Notes: generated by a model not told the origin, from the sequence alone. A stretch of DNA of 64,000 bases from Blastocystis sp. Blastoise (GCA_039096225.1 JBBPEB010000007.1:558001-622000), one strand, 5' to 3'. Shown: positions 42,122 to 57,973, counted from the stretch's first letter. A program made the numbers and translations.

Positions 42122-45100
42122 AAGGGATATGCTATGGGATCAAATATTTTGAAATGCGCAGGATCTCAAGAATTCAAAGATATTGCTAAATGTATTTCTG
42201 ATGAAGAAGGAAAAAAGGTAAATTTTTGTATAATAATAATTATAGAATTATTATTATTATTATTATATAATTATGATAATACATATTATTATATTATTAT
42301 ATTTATTATATTTCCTTCTAGTTAATCCAAGCAGCCGGAGATGCTACAAAGACTGCTTTCCCTTCTGGTATACCTCGTGTCCCTATAGTACTCATAGATG
42401 GAAAAGAGAGTCCATCAGCCTCTGGAGATTTCGATATTATGCTTCAAAACATTATTAAAGAGAAATTAATGACTTTATCTCCAAAACCTGCTTTTTATGA
42501 TACCTTAGCAACAGTTACTTCTGTAAGTACTCCTGCTATTGCCCCTTCGAATGATACTCCTGCTCCATCTACAGACACTACTGTCTCTAATACTCCTTCT
42601 ACTCAACAAACAACTTCAACAGAATCCTCTTCTACATCGGGTAATACTAGTACTGATACTACTACTACTACTTCTTCTTCTTCTTCTCAATCTACAAGTT
42701 CTATCACTCCTGATATCTCAAGTACTTCTAGTTCTACTACTACATCAGATATTATTAAGGGAACTGTTGAAACAAATGATGTTAAAGAACAAAATATATC
42801 TAAATCAACAGAATCTACTATAACAAAAGATCAATCAAATGATACTCCAAATACAGATAGTTCCTCTACTACAAGTACTAGTTCATCAAATATAGAAAGT
42901 AAATCAGAACCTAAGCCTATGGGTGATATTGAACCAATTCGTTCAACTAGTTTACGTGGATCAAAGAAATCCTTAAATGATGATGATGATGATGATGACG
43001 ATGATAATGAAGAGAGACAATTACGACGTGAGAAACAAGGACGTGTCATTCATTTCGATTCAAAACCAAAGGAAGAAGAGAAGAAAGTAGAAGTTGTGAA
43101 TACTAAGACGGTGGAATCTATAGATACTACAAAGAAAGATACTATAGAAGCACCTAAGGATGTTATTCGTCGTATTAAAACTCGTGGAAGAGGTACATAT
43201 GATGATGATGATGACGATGATGATGATACTACACTTGATATTGGTAGCATGGGAGGAAAATCCTTTGATTTTAAGGATTTATCAATAAAAGATGAGAAGA
43301 AATTAGCTGAAATAGAGACGAAGAAGAAAGAAGATAAAACCGTTATGTATAAGAAAGATCGTCGACCTGTTGTTTATATTCGTCAAGGTAAAGTAGAGCA
43401 AGTAATCTCTTCTGCATCAGGTACATCTGTTTCTACTGATAATGATGTTACTCAAGGAGTTACAAGTGGAGTCTTTGAGGCTTCTCTTATTAATACAAAA
43501 ACTAATATTCCCATAGAAGCAAATGCAACTCTTTTATTGGGTCCCCTACGTACTCCTCTTCGTGTATATGTTCTTTTTGATCTCTTAGGTGCAGATCTCT
43601 TACCTTTCCTTATACAATTTAATCCTTTTATTCAGCCTTCTATGCAACCTTATTATCGTATAGACTTCCTTCCTGTTCTTAGTACATATACTACTCCTCT
43701 CAATGAAATACGATGTCATAATAATGAAGACTCTAAATGTAATGCTATATATAGATATTACTGTGTTTTAAAGAATGTTTCATCAACACTTGAGAAATAC
43801 TTGATGCTTGTTTGCTTAATGAAAGGTAGTCGCTCTATTCTTGATAATATTAATACATGTAGTCAAGAACTTAATATACAGATATCTATAACTGATGTAT
43901 TATTATGTTCAGAAACAGATGAAATGAATAATCATATCTATTACTCTCTTGCTATTCGTGATAAATATTTTGAAGGATTTCCATTCGATACTTATATGTA
44001 TATTATTAATCATAATGTATACCTTAATACTCCCAAATTCTTCATGTATACACTTTGCCGCCATTTCTATGGACTTTTACCTCCAACTTGTGAGGGTCCA
44101 GATCGTGTATTACCTATAGAAAATTATATGGATAAACTTAAGGAAAAGGACATGCAATTAACATTAATACGTAAAGAGAAAATCAGAATAGATCTATATA
44201 TAGATATAGCTTGTGAAATTAGTAATTTCTTTATTAGTAATACTGTTACTTGGCTTATGAAACATCAAGAGTATCTAGTTTTTTAAAAATAATATTTAAT
44301 ATTTTTATTGTTTGTTTTATATTATAGTATATACATATTTTCTATAGAGGTGTTAGTTATATTGATATGTATTTACATCCTACAGGTACAATCTCACTTA
44401 CAAAGAATGGCACTGTAGATTGTACGGAGAACATTAATGTTTGTGTCATTAATCAGGCTATTACTTGTGTTTCGACATTATATACAGATCTAAATGTTCA
44501 ATGGGCACTTCTGAGATGTATTATCAGGTATATATAGTTGTAATCTGCTTTTTTAAATATTCTATTTTATTTCTATTTTATTCTGGATTATAATATTATA
44601 TTTTTAAAAATTTAATTTAATTATTTTATTTTTCTTTTTTTTATAATTATTTGCATTATAAATTCTAAATTTTTAAAATTATAATGAAAACTATAATTAC
44701 AACTAAACTTGTTCCTTTTATTTCTTTTTCTTATGCTATATATTTAGTTATGGTTTAACTGCATTAGATCATTTAGAAGATTGTAGTGATGCATATCTCG
44801 TCGATGTAACTACTATTTATGATTGTGTTAATTCAGGAAAAGGTCTTTTGGTAAGTTTATATATATATATATATATATTAATAATGATTTGTTATTCTTT
44901 TATGTATGTAGTTACTTCAAAAAGAATTAGAATTATTTACTGCCCGTCAGACTACTGTTGTATACTATCCTTATCTCTATGTTGATACTCTACCTATTGA
45001 CAAATATTATGATCTATTCACTTATGTCTGCAGAAAAGCTTGGAAAACACCAGAAGTATGCTAAAAATTACCTTATTTTTTTATTATTTATACTAATTTT

Positions 45101-45315
45101 CTTGATCTTTCTATATATATATTTATATTTATTTATCTCTTTCATTATGAATATAGTATATATTTATATATATTTATATATATTTCTTTATCTCTTTCAT
45201 TATGAATATATTATATATATATGTATTCTATTTATAGTGGTGTAAACAACCTCCTGCTATACCTGATGAAACCTTACAGTGTAGAGCTAAACTATATAAA
45301 AACTTTGTTTTCTAA
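40278..45315 (+). CDS. Secreted protein with four tandem GILT (thiol reductase)-like domains and a Ser/Thr/Asp-rich linker
   Basis: Signal peptide; four repeats of the GILT pattern (beta-strand, helix, D.xLxP(F)G, C....C..N....C), e.g. KVQVFYS...YVDFDLIPFG...MTCPGGNKECNNNQLLVC; stop at 45313-45315. Confidence 0.7.
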
Positions 45316-47161
45316 TCAATACTCTGTATTCTTATATATAGTCACATTGTTTTAGAGTATATCTTTATATATATATTTTACATTTTTCTTTTTCTTATCT
45401 TATCATATACATATAGGCTTATATATTTTTTAAATACTATCGATCCTATTATTATATATAGGATCATTTTATATGTAATGACCCTATTTTCTTTATATGT
45501 TTCTTTTTTTTATATATTTCTTTTTTATTTTTTTTTTTTAATATATATATTTTTATTTCTTTTTTATTCTTTTTAATTTTTTAAAAATATATTCAAATGC
45601 TTTTTATATTTATAAAGATGAATATCTCTTTTCCCTTATTATGTTTTTTTATCTTTAATATTTAAATAATGATTGTTTTCCAGCTATTTTTTCTTACTGT
45701 ATATATATATATTTCAAATTTATATAGATTGTTTTTATTACGTGTTTTTATATATTTTCTCCCTAATTATTATTTTTTTCTAAATGATATTTGTATATAT
45801 ATTTTCTTAAATAAAATCATTTCATTTTTTTTATATGTGTATGATTAATACTATTATTATGTTTTTATTAGATACGAACTGATTTTTTCTTTTTGTATGT
45901 TCTGTTTAATAAGTATTGTTTGTTGTTTTGTTATGCTTTTTAACTACTTGACCTATGTTTAAAATTTATTATTAATATCTTACTTTATCAGAAAACTCAT
46001 GTTTCAACACATGCATATTTTTAAAAAATATATTTTTTTTAGATTTATCATTCAAATATTAAAAAATTATTTTAACCATTTCTATTCTTGAATAATAATA
46101 TTATTACGACTAAAAGAAAAATGAAATGCTAAATAATACTATTTAAAATGATGATGTTATTTTCATTGTTTTTTTTCGTTTACGATAATATTCAGTTTTT
46201 TGAAAAAACAATATCATGAACATATTATTTTTTAACAGTATCTTCATGTATATCTTGTAACGCTAAAACATCTTTTTAAAAATTATTCTTTTATTGAGCT
46301 CTCATTGTTTTTTTACAGATACATTATATATTTTTTATAATATATATTTTACACATATATTAAAGAATTCTTTTTGAAGTATTCTTAAGAGGATTTCTGT
46401 TTGTTTCGTTCTTTGAGAAATCACTCTCTTCCTATATGAATAGTATATTGATATTAACCAAAAAAAAACATACTTTTTCTTGCTTATTATGAATAAAAAT
46501 GAGCATATAACAAGTTAACAATAGACAGAACACCTAAGGTCTGCTTTAGAAATAAATGAATCATATTTTTGAATAAAAACTTGTTTCCAATTAGTGTCTT
46601 CAATACTTTTCCTATTATCTATATTACACAAAACAATTTCTAATAATTATTACTCTAAGAAATAAATATATATATGTAAACCATATACGTTTACGGATTA
46701 AAATTGTTGATTGATCTAAGAACTTTAGGTATTTCTTCATTATCTTTTTTGAAAAACAAGGAAACCAAATACTATATTTCATGAATATTTAAGATATTCA
46801 GGTGATTATGACGTTTAGTACATAATTTTAAACACAATATGAACAATAAATAAGGTCCAGATTCACTTTTCTTTTCTTTGTTGAATTATATGTGCATATA
46901 TTTAATAAATCTAAATGATTCTATGATTTAACAGTATTAATTTGAATAATATCTAAATAAAGTATACTTTTTAAATAATTTGAGATATTTCTGGGAAAAT
47001 TGAAAAACCAAGTGTATTTTTACTATTTTTCATGTTATATTGAATCAATAAAGAAGAAAAAACATTTTTTATTATTAAAAACGTCGTTTCTTTGTCTTTT
47101 ATGAATATATTGTGTATTTGAACAAAACCAAAAGAAAACAATATTATTCTAGACATCTGAA

Positions 47162-50100
47162 ATGAGTGAACAATCTACAAACAAACCATGTCTTCAAAAA
47201 CTTCTGGATTTGTTACCTGAATGTTGCTTAAAAAGCACTGTCACGGACCTAAAGTGTACACGATGTGGAATCAATGTATTATATATATTCTTTACTATAA
47301 TTTATTTTTTTTCTTTTTTTTTAGGTTCATCAAAATTGTGTTAAATGTCAAGATTCAAAAGGATTCATTTGCAATACATGCAAACAAAATGATAAATCGA
47401 GGTGTTATTGTATCTTCTGCTCATTTGTCGGTGGTTCACATTTATTTATAGGTATTTTCATATAATTATCTATTTTAAATTCATTTATATGCTTAGATCT
47501 ATCTAATGGAATGATGTGCCATTCTATTTGTCTATGTCGTTTCTATTCCATAATTATTCATTTTGTTAATCAACAACTAATTATTCAAGAATATGAAAAA
47601 AATAGTCATGATTATAAAAACATTAATTCTAAAATATTATATGAGAGTTCTAAAATTAATTTTCTGATAGAAGATAATAAAAATCATCCATATATACAAA
47701 AATTATATGCTAAGAATTGTTATGATTCCATACAGTTTATTATTCAATTAACTAATGATATCTTATCTTCTCAGAAACCATTAGAATCGATCACTCAAGA
47801 TGTATTTAAGCATTACTTAATAGATGCTCTTAAACGATATACTTCTCCTCTTCCTTCTCTTTCTCCTCTCCATTCATCCTTAATAGGATCTGTAATGAAT
47901 TCAAAACACCTTATCGATACGAAGACTACGGTAATTAATAATCGTATTTATTTTGATAGTAATCATATATGTAATTACTGTTATTCTTCTGAAGGTGTTA
48001 CTATTCCTTGTATGGATACACAATGTACTGAATATTATCATCCTATATGTTATTATGAATCTATTATTAGTTCTCCTATTAAAACTAATTCAAGATTATC
48101 AACTTGTATTACCTCTCTTACTTGCTATGATTCCTATACACGATGTAAAAAACATAATATATATATTCAAGAACTTAAGCGATCAAGGCTAATTATATCT
48201 GAGAATTCAGTATCTACTGAATCAATTTCAAAGAATCATGGGAATCCAATTCATTCTTTACCAACTATAGAAAATTCTATATCTCTTATTCCTTCTATAG
48301 TTATAAATGGTGAAATACTTCAAGAACCTCTATCTTCCTTAGTTACTACTTCTTCAAATACTCCTTTATCTTCATGTATAGTAGATATCAATCAAGATAA
48401 TGCACTTGATGAAGATATTTGTGATGTTTGTCGTGGAGATGATAGTGATACAATCAATCCTATTGTATATTGTAGTGCATGTGGTGTAGGAGTTCATAAG
48501 GAATGTTATGGTATTCAAAGTATACCCGAAGATGATTGGTTCTGTGATGTATGTACACAACATCTCTCCCCTAAGGATATACATTGCGTTATTTGTGATC
48601 AGACAAGTGGTGCATTTAAACATACTGTGAATAATACATGGATTCATTCTTTATGTTGTTTATTTACTCCCGAGTTATATTATACAGATCAAGTACATCT
48701 TACGAATGTAGATGGATTCAAGAATATTGATGCATCACGTACAGGACAAAAATGTTGTTTCTGTAATACTACAAAAGGAACATGCTGTACATGCCGTTAT
48801 AAAGATTGTATGACTACATATCATCCTATCTGTGGAGCGCGTGGTCATAATCTATTTACATTTGTAGAATTATCTAATAATGGTACTTTTGAATATATAT
48901 CCTTTTGTAAGAAACATACTCAACTTTGTAAACAATCAAATTCTTCCTCTTTTATTCAAAAGGCTATTATGAAAAAGAAATCTAAAAAAGATTATAAAAA
49001 AGATTCAATTGAACTTAAGAAGAAAAAGAAAGAAAGGTATATATGCTTATTTAGTTGTTATATATTCTTATATTTATGATATATTATTAATATTATTAAA
49101 AATATTATAAAACTTATAAATATTATAAATATTATAAAAATTATAAAAATTATAAATATTATAAATATTATAAATATTATAAAAATTATAAATATTATAA
49201 AAATTATAAATATTATAAAAATTATAAATATTAATAAAATTTATGATATATTACATAATTCTGTATAAATATATTTTATACTCTATATATAACTATTTTT
49301 ATATTTTACATAGTATTCCTTCAATGAGTAGTCCTCGTCGTGAACGATCTCAGAGAGATATTGATACCATTCGAAACGTAACGTCTATGCCCGATATATG
49401 GTCACTCTTTGAACGCACCTATTTTAAACATACATGCACTAAAGAACTATCAAAAACATTACAAAAAGATATTAAAGATGTATATATTTTTTTCTTATTC
49501 ACTATTTGTATCATTTTTTAAATATTATATAATATATAATATATAATATATAATATTGACGATTTAATTACTATATATTCTATATATTTATGATTTATCA
49601 ACAAAAAATGATAATATATATATCCTATTAACTATATAAAAATACTCTACATATTAATATTTTTAGATTCAAAGTACGAATCCTTTTTGTTTACGAAAAG
49701 AACATTTCGAAGGTGATTTATGTTATCGAATTCCTCCTTTAGGATCTACTCCTAATCCAATGAAATCTACATTAGATGATGACGAGTCCTCATCATCTAT
49801 GAATATTAGTTTAGAAGATAGTCCAAAGAAGAAATTATCACAAGGAACAAATGATGATGTAATATTTAGAGGATTTAATATGAAAGATTTCTTAGAGATG
49901 CGTCAACAATATGATCATTATGTTGATCAAGATGTTCTTTCTTACTTTCAATCTATTGGTATCTGTCAACAAACTAGATTCAGAAATGCTGTAAAAGAGG
50001 ATTTACCGTGGTTATTACAGATTAATACAGTCAATCCTTTATATACAACAGAAGAATCTTTTGATTCTCTCTTCAACGATAAGAATGAATTCCTTATTCT

Positions 50101-53100
50101 TGCAGAAACACAAAACAAACAAGGAGAATGGATTCCCGTGGGAATGGTACATTACTATTTCTTAGTCTATTTCCCATCTCACACACGTCGTAGCTGTAAG
50201 AGCATATATGTATGTACGTTACAATCTGTCAAAACTAATACACATTCTACATTTATGAATACTTATCATATTAACCCTGAAAAATATACTGGTATCTATT
50301 ACTATCTTTTTCTTATTTATATATATATATATATAAACTATTATTACTATTCTATTTTCATCTTTATATTATTCTATAGGTACAGTACTTTTATCTCTTG
50401 CTTTTTCCCATGGGAAACGATCGGGAATGATGATGGGATGTTGTGATTCTACTGATGATTCTATTCCCTTCTATGAGACGAAATTCCAAATGGAACGATT
50501 ACCTAAGAGTAATCAATCTCATTATACACCCATGCAACTCTATCTTGAAAAATTCAAATATTGGAAAATTGTTCTTCAACCTACTGGTATTTATATATAT
50601 TATTATAATGTTAAGTATATTAATATATCTTAATTATTTATTCTATAAATATATATTTCTTATTCTATTTTATTATATATACATTAATATAGATGTTCAA
50701 AGTGTAGTTGCTTCAATTGATATGTATTTACTACCTTTAGAAGATAATACATCTCTATCTATATCTGATTCTATACAAGAATTACCAAAAAATGCTCCTT
50801 CTAAAACTTCTAGTTTACCTGAATATCCTTCTTTCTCACAAATATCTCTATATTCCAAAAAGTCTATATCTTTATCTTCTGTTTCTTCTCTCAATCAAGT
50901 ATCTCAAAATTCTATAACTACTTCTACTCCTCCTCCTCCTACAACAACTACAACTAATTTAACTACAACTAATAAAACAGTACATACATCAATTTCTTCT
51001 TCTCTTCCTACAGAATATACATCCATGAATAATAATACTCCTGTTTCTAGTCAAGATATTTCTTCAGGTACAGGAACACCAGTATATAAACCTCCTATAT
51101 TCTCGGATTCAACTAATTCTACTCAATCGATATCAACCCCTACTACAACTCCATCTATTACTATTCCTCAATTGACTTCATCACTCTCTTCTTCAGCATC
51201 TCCACAGAATATATACCATTATAATCATACACTGTCTGTATCTCCTTATAATACTCCTTCTCAATCTCAACAAGATACTATTAATACTCCTTCTCAATCA
51301 CAACAAGATACTATTATTACTCCTTCTCTATCACAACAAGATATTATTACTACTCCTTCTCAATCACAACAGGATACTATTATTACTCCTTCTCAATCAC
51401 AACAAGATACTATTATTACTCCTTCTCTATCACAACAAGATACTATTATTACTCCTTCAACTTCTTTCATTCCTATTTCAAATCCCATTTCATCACCGGC
51501 CATTATACCTTCTACTACCCTAGACACACGATCTCCCTCCCCTACAACATCTACTCTTGAAGAAATGACTACTACCATGCCCATTGTTGATTCCTCTTCT
51601 ATCGATAAGAATACTGTAAAGAATCTCCTAACAATTTCTAAAACTCAGAGTCTTCAGAATTCTATATGTTCTCCCTGTAATTCTGATGTCAATAACGATA
51701 AAAATAAGATAATTACGGATGATTCGATATATTCCAATAGTGAACTAGATATAGTAGATAAAGATTCTTTAATGGGAGATATAGAAGAAGATCAAGAAGA
51801 AGATGATTTATCTCTTGATATTAAAGATATGAATTTAATTTTAGATAAGGAACTCAATGATGAAATATGTAGAAAAGAAACAGAATTGGATACTATTTTA
51901 GAGAAAGAAATAGAAAATCAAAGAATATGGAATCATAAGGTCGTCAATCTTCCTGAGATAGAACAGAAACGAGTTCCTTTCAATTCTTTTGATCCACTTC
52001 TTTCTTCTTCTGAATCGAATCAAACTTCTATGCAAGATCGAGATTATTTATTTCATATTTACTTTAATCAGAATACTTGTCAATTAATAAAGAATAATTC
52101 TCGAGATGTCCAAATTCTCGATATATGTGATTGTTTGAAGTCTATGAAAAATCAATCAGTCACCGTTCATTATCCTATATTGTATGAAGATACAACTAAT
52201 ATTTTTGAATCTCTTAAAAAAGAACAATATATTTTTGAAGAGAAAGAAAAAGAGAAAGAAAAAGAGAAAGAAACATGTGATGTTACAAGTCCTTATTCTT
52301 TCCGAACTCGATCACACGTGACTTATGATCTTAATCACAATCCTATTCATATGAAGGAATTATATCAATTAATGCTTGGAGATCTTACTTTTGGTACTAT
52401 TTCTACATCCAATCAATTAGCTTATATAAATCAAGATGAAGTATTGGAATGTCTTATTCAAACACAAAAACAACTTTATGATATACATACTAAAAACTTT
52501 AGAAAACTTTACGATCTTAAGAAAAAAGTATATATATATATTTATATTGTGTAATGTTTATGGTATATAATATAATTATATATATTTTCTATATATTCTA
52601 TATATTATATATATTAAATATAATTATATATATATTCTATATATTTTATATATTTTATATATTTTATTTTTTCTATATATTCTATATATTCTATATATTC
52701 TATATATTCTATAGTTATATGAAGATTCGAAAAAACCTGATTATATAGGTGATTCTTTAAAGTTATATAAAGAGTTTATGATATATTTTAAGGAGAAATA
52801 TCCTGATTATGAGAAGCGTGAGGAACAGAATGAGCAGGATGCTGCTGCACGATGTTTTGTATGTGGTGATGACGATAGTAACGTCGATAATGCTATTGTT
52901 TTCTGTGATGGATGTAATGTAGCTATTCATCAACTATGTTATAATATTAATACTATTCCTGAAGGAGATTATTTCTGTGATGTTTGTCGTTACTTAATTG
53001 ATCGTATTCGAGATATTCATCTCCCTCTTCCTCCTATTTCTGATATTCCTAATACTCCTATAGATCCCTATCGTCAAAGTGTTATTCATACTTTAGAAGA

Positions 53101-56100
53101 AGAACGAAAGAAAATATTCTGTTGTATTTGTGGATATGCGAATGGTGCTATGATGATGACGCGTACAAATAAATGGTGCCATGTATCTTGTGCTCTTTGG
53201 TTACCGGATAGTGAAGTTGAAGTCGAGAGATTTAATAAATTAGAGAAAGGTCCTTCATGTTCTCGATATATTATTAATGTAAAGAATATTAATCCAAGAC
53301 GTAGTCGTATTACTTGTATTATATGTAAACGAAAAGGAGGATGTGTTCAATGCTGTTATTCAAATTGTTGTAAAGGAGTTCATCTACCTTGTGCTTTGAA
53401 GAGTGGATATGATATATTTTGTAATAATAAAGAAGGATTTAATTTCTTACCTTCTTATTGTACTTTAGAAGGAAAAGAATTTTATTTGAAATGTATTCAA
53501 CATGCTGATAGTAATAAATGTATTCATAATGCTTCTATGGCAGATATACCTTGGAAGTCTCCATTAACAGTAGAAGAGATGAATGATATTAATGATTCTG
53601 TTGATACTCCAACGACAACACCTTCCGAGAATCATAAAAGTATATATTTATATTATCATTTTTTTTATATAAATTTTATATTTGATTACTATTGTTGTCT
53701 TTCTGAATTAGAAACTATTATAATTATACATATATATATATATATATATATAGATGAAAAGAAGATGAAATCTAAAGATTACAAATCCAAACTGAATGAT
53801 ACTTCCAAAGAAAATCAATTCAAATTTAAACCGTATATATAGTTATTGTTTTATTAAATGATATCATCATTATATATATATTTATATATATTATTTATTA
53901 AAAAAATATATATCTAGCTTTTTTTTCCTCTTTATGTTTATTTTATTTGTTTAAAAGAATTTTCTATTTTATCAATATATATAATTATTATATACTTTAT
54001 AGTACAAAGATTCCTATAATAGATAGTGAAGACGAACTTTTAGATATGACTCCTGTAAATCTTCTTTCTGTTCAACATTTATCTTCTCAACAACAAAAAC
54101 ATTATATACAGCGTCATTATAATCGTAGAAATGACAAGGGATCTAAAGGAAATTATGATTCTACTTCTCTTTCCAATGGTTTATATACAAAGAAACAAGG
54201 CAAAGGTTCCCGCGGGGAATCTTCAAATCCTCTTGCCGATCGTAAATCTGAAGTTTTAGAATGGTTAATGTCTCATCCACTTAGTAAATACTTAACAAAT
54301 GATCATAATAGTATTATACAAATTATTCATAATCATATTATATGTGACCATTGGCCTGAAGGTGGTATTCAACTGTATTCAGAATCTAAAATGAATATAA
54401 CATCTATTTGGGAGAGATATTGGGCTGTAAAAAGTTATACAGAATTAAATATTATCTCTGATTTACGACGTCTCTTCTTAGCATTACTTCCTTATGTATG
54501 TCCACCTAGAAGTGAAGAAGATTGTAAAATAGGAAAATATATATATGAAGTAGCTTATGAATTAACCACAAAGAATGATATATTAATGGCAAAACGTAAT
54601 GGAAAGACATTTGATATTGAAAAACATTTAAAAGAATTAGAAAATGATAAGAAAAAACATGAACAATGTATTATTCCTACATATATGTGTATTTGTCAAG
54701 TTCATGAAGATAAATATGGTGGTGAATTTATGATTGAATGTGAACATTGTAAGAATTGGATTCATCCTTCTTGTATTGGATGGACTAAATGTACGAAACA
54801 TCCTGAAGAAAATTGTTTTCTTATGTTTAAAGAACATATTATTTTAGAAACATTCTATTGCCCTTTATGTATTGAATTTGGAAAGCAAAATATTACATTT
54901 AATTATTTACCTTCTACTAGTTTTTATTCATTATTTAGTCTTCCATCTCCTAAAGAGACTATATCTTGTCCTTCTTCTCAAAATATAATATCAAAAGATA
55001 CTATTCATAATTCAGATACTTTAATAACTACACAAAAGTCAACTAAATCTTATACAAAATCATTAGATAAAAATAAACATATTACTAAGAAAGAACAAAA
55101 CACTATTAAGAAGACTGTTTCTATAGAGAATACTAATTCTTCAATATCTAAACCTTCAACTACTTTTATAGATTCTGATAGTCAAGATTCAGTCTTTTAT
55201 CATCGAAGATCTAAACGATCTCTTTCTTTACGAAAAATGAAACGAAAAGGTTCATTGAATTTATCTGAAAATGATTCAGAAATTAGTTCTCAAATAATTA
55301 ATAATGAATTATCAAATTCATTATCAAAACATTGTTATGGTTCCTACCCAACACGGAAATCATCGATATTAGGTCCAATTGATTTTCATGTTCGTTTTCC
55401 AACTTCTGTTCCAACTCCTGTTCCTACAACTGAAGATCCTACATTACTTCATGAATCTTCTTTAATTAATATTACTCTATCGTCTCCATCTCCACCTCCT
55501 TCTCCTTATGATATTCATGAATCACCACTTAAAGAAGAAGTAATAGAAGATAATACAATTACAAATACTGTTTCTATTAAACAAGAATCTATTCCTAATA
55601 ATATTAATCAGTCTCCTTCTCCTTCTCTTTCTCCTACTCTTCTTTCACAAAATAATCCTATTCTATCTACTCTTTCTACAGATCATTCTCTTTCTACTCC
55701 TTCTATTCTTGAAGATACAATTATTCCTCCTTCTACTCTATCTTTACCTATACCACCATCTATATCTCATATCAAACCATGTACACGTTTATCTAGTAAA
55801 AAATATAATTATTCGAATATAAAATCATTACGTAATCAATTATATACTCAAGATGGTAATATAAATCTGGATATATTCACAAGTAATATAGAAGATGATA
55901 CTAAAGATGTATTATTAGAGACTGAAGTATTCCATTATTCAGATGATGAATCTTCCAATGATCTTCACCATATAAATGAAGATCATTCTCTAGATAATCA
56001 AACCTATATTGAAGAGATTAAAGTGGATAATAAAAATACTAATATTTCACTAATTAATTCTGATTCAAAGACTAAGTCTTCTATTATAATACCGGATACT

Positions 56101-57303
56101 GTGTTTTATAATTCTTTAGATGATATATATACATATATTGATGATAGTGATTGGGATGAAGATAATGATAATAAAGATACTATGAATATAAATAAGAATA
56201 ATTTGGTAGCATTATCTCCTCAATCTATTCAATCATATTCTATATCTTCTAATGAGAATAACAATACAAATACCATGTCTACCAATCAAATATATAAACA
56301 TTCTGAAAATTCAGTAGAGAATGTTATATATAAATCAAAACGAATAAAGAAGGAAGTTCCCTATACATCTTCCTCTTCTTCTTCTATATCAAATATTCAA
56401 TCAAATACTACTTCAAGCAATACATCCACTAGTACTTCTCCTCATATACAAGGTAAAAAGAGACAAAAAACTCGTAGTGGACATTTATATCATTATGGAA
56501 ATGAAACTCAATTAAATAAAACTATTCAAACTTCATCTACAAATTCTATTCAAGATAACTCTTCTTTAAAGATACAGTCAATCTCTACTAACAATTCTCA
56601 TCGATCTACTACAAAATCCATTCTTACCTCTCCTCAGAAACCTATTACAGACTTTTTCTCTTTTTCTCCATCAAAAACTGTATCTTCGAATACTTTATCT
56701 ATAAAGAATGAACTTAATAATCTTTCTACAAATCAATTTAAAGAGAATGAAAACCATTTTAACGATAATGAAATAGAATTGAGTAAACAATCAACTAGTT
56801 CTACTCGTACTATTAGTGGATCTCGATATCCTTTACGAAATAGAGAAGATATAATTAAGAAGGATATTAATGGTATAAGCAATAATTCATCATTAAAGAA
56901 TACAACGTTGCCACCTCCTCAGAATACTATTTTCTCTTCGAAATCAGTCCAAAAGATTCTTGATCCTCTAACTAAGAAATCTACAGAGAATACAATGAAG
57001 TCCTCTAAACAAACAATAAATGAACTTTCTCCTCCTTCTCCTCCTTCTCTTTTAAAAAAACATTCTGAACAAATAATATCTCCAGATACAATTGCTAGTC
57101 GACTAAGAAGTAAAACAAATACTATAGTCAAGAAAAATCATAGAAATACTACAAAATCATCAAAATTCAAGAAGATGACTAAACCTTTTAAAGAATTCTT
57201 AAAGAACAAAAACTCTATGGATAAACCATCTAAAGAAATCAAACAATTGGATAATGAACGACATACTAAATCTTCATCCAATCAAATTAATAAGAATAAA
57301 TAA
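47162..57303 (+). CDS. Large chromatin protein: PHD/PZP (BRPF/Jade/Nto1-like) modules, GNAT-like domain, degenerate bromodomain-like region, C-terminal PHD, low-complexity tail
   Basis: CDVC..DDSDTINPIVYCSACGVGVHKECYGIQSIPEDDWFCDVC plus extended PHD; second PZP at about 52850-53500; PHD CICQ...MIECEHCKNWIHPSC...FYCPLC. GT-AG introns keep the frame. Confidence 0.82.
51253..51459 (+). repeat. 33-bp coding minisatellite, TPS(Q/L)SQQDTII x6
   Basis: Repeated actccttctcaatcacaacaagatactattatt. Confidence 0.92.
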
Positions 57304-57973
57304 CTATTGAAGGAACAACATAATATCGTTTAGTGATATCTATAAATATCAATGAATCTTGTTTGACTATGTGTATTTTTATTTTAAATATTATATAAAT
57401 ATTATTTTTATTTTAAATATAATAATTACTGTATTTTTCACTTTTTTTCTTTTAAAAAATGTATATTATTTAATTAATATTGTTATTAATACTATTTCTA
57501 ATATTTGTTTTGATGTTGCTTGTATAGAGTAAGTGCTTTTTTAAGACCTAATTATGAATTAGTTATTTTTATTTTGGTTTTGTAAAGTTGACTGGGTATT
57601 TTATAATCATATAGGGAGTTTAGGATTTAAACATTTCTTTTTGAAATATAGCATATAAAGAAAAAATAAAAAAAAAATTATTTTATAGATTTTTGTTGAA
57701 TGTAAAAAAGAATTATTATTTACTTTTTCTAGTTATATTTTGTAATAAAACCGTGGTTTTCTGTACGTTTTAAAAACATAGTAAATTAAAAGACAAAACA
57801 AAAAAATGGATTTACTTTTGGAGTATATTTCTTTTTATTTTTATCAAAAAGTTATATAATTTTTTTTAATTCAATAAGGTAAATAATAAAAAATTTATTA
57901 TAATCAATTTAGAAATAAATCTTATATACACATAGTTTCGTGATCATAGTGTAAATAACGTATATTCTGAGTC

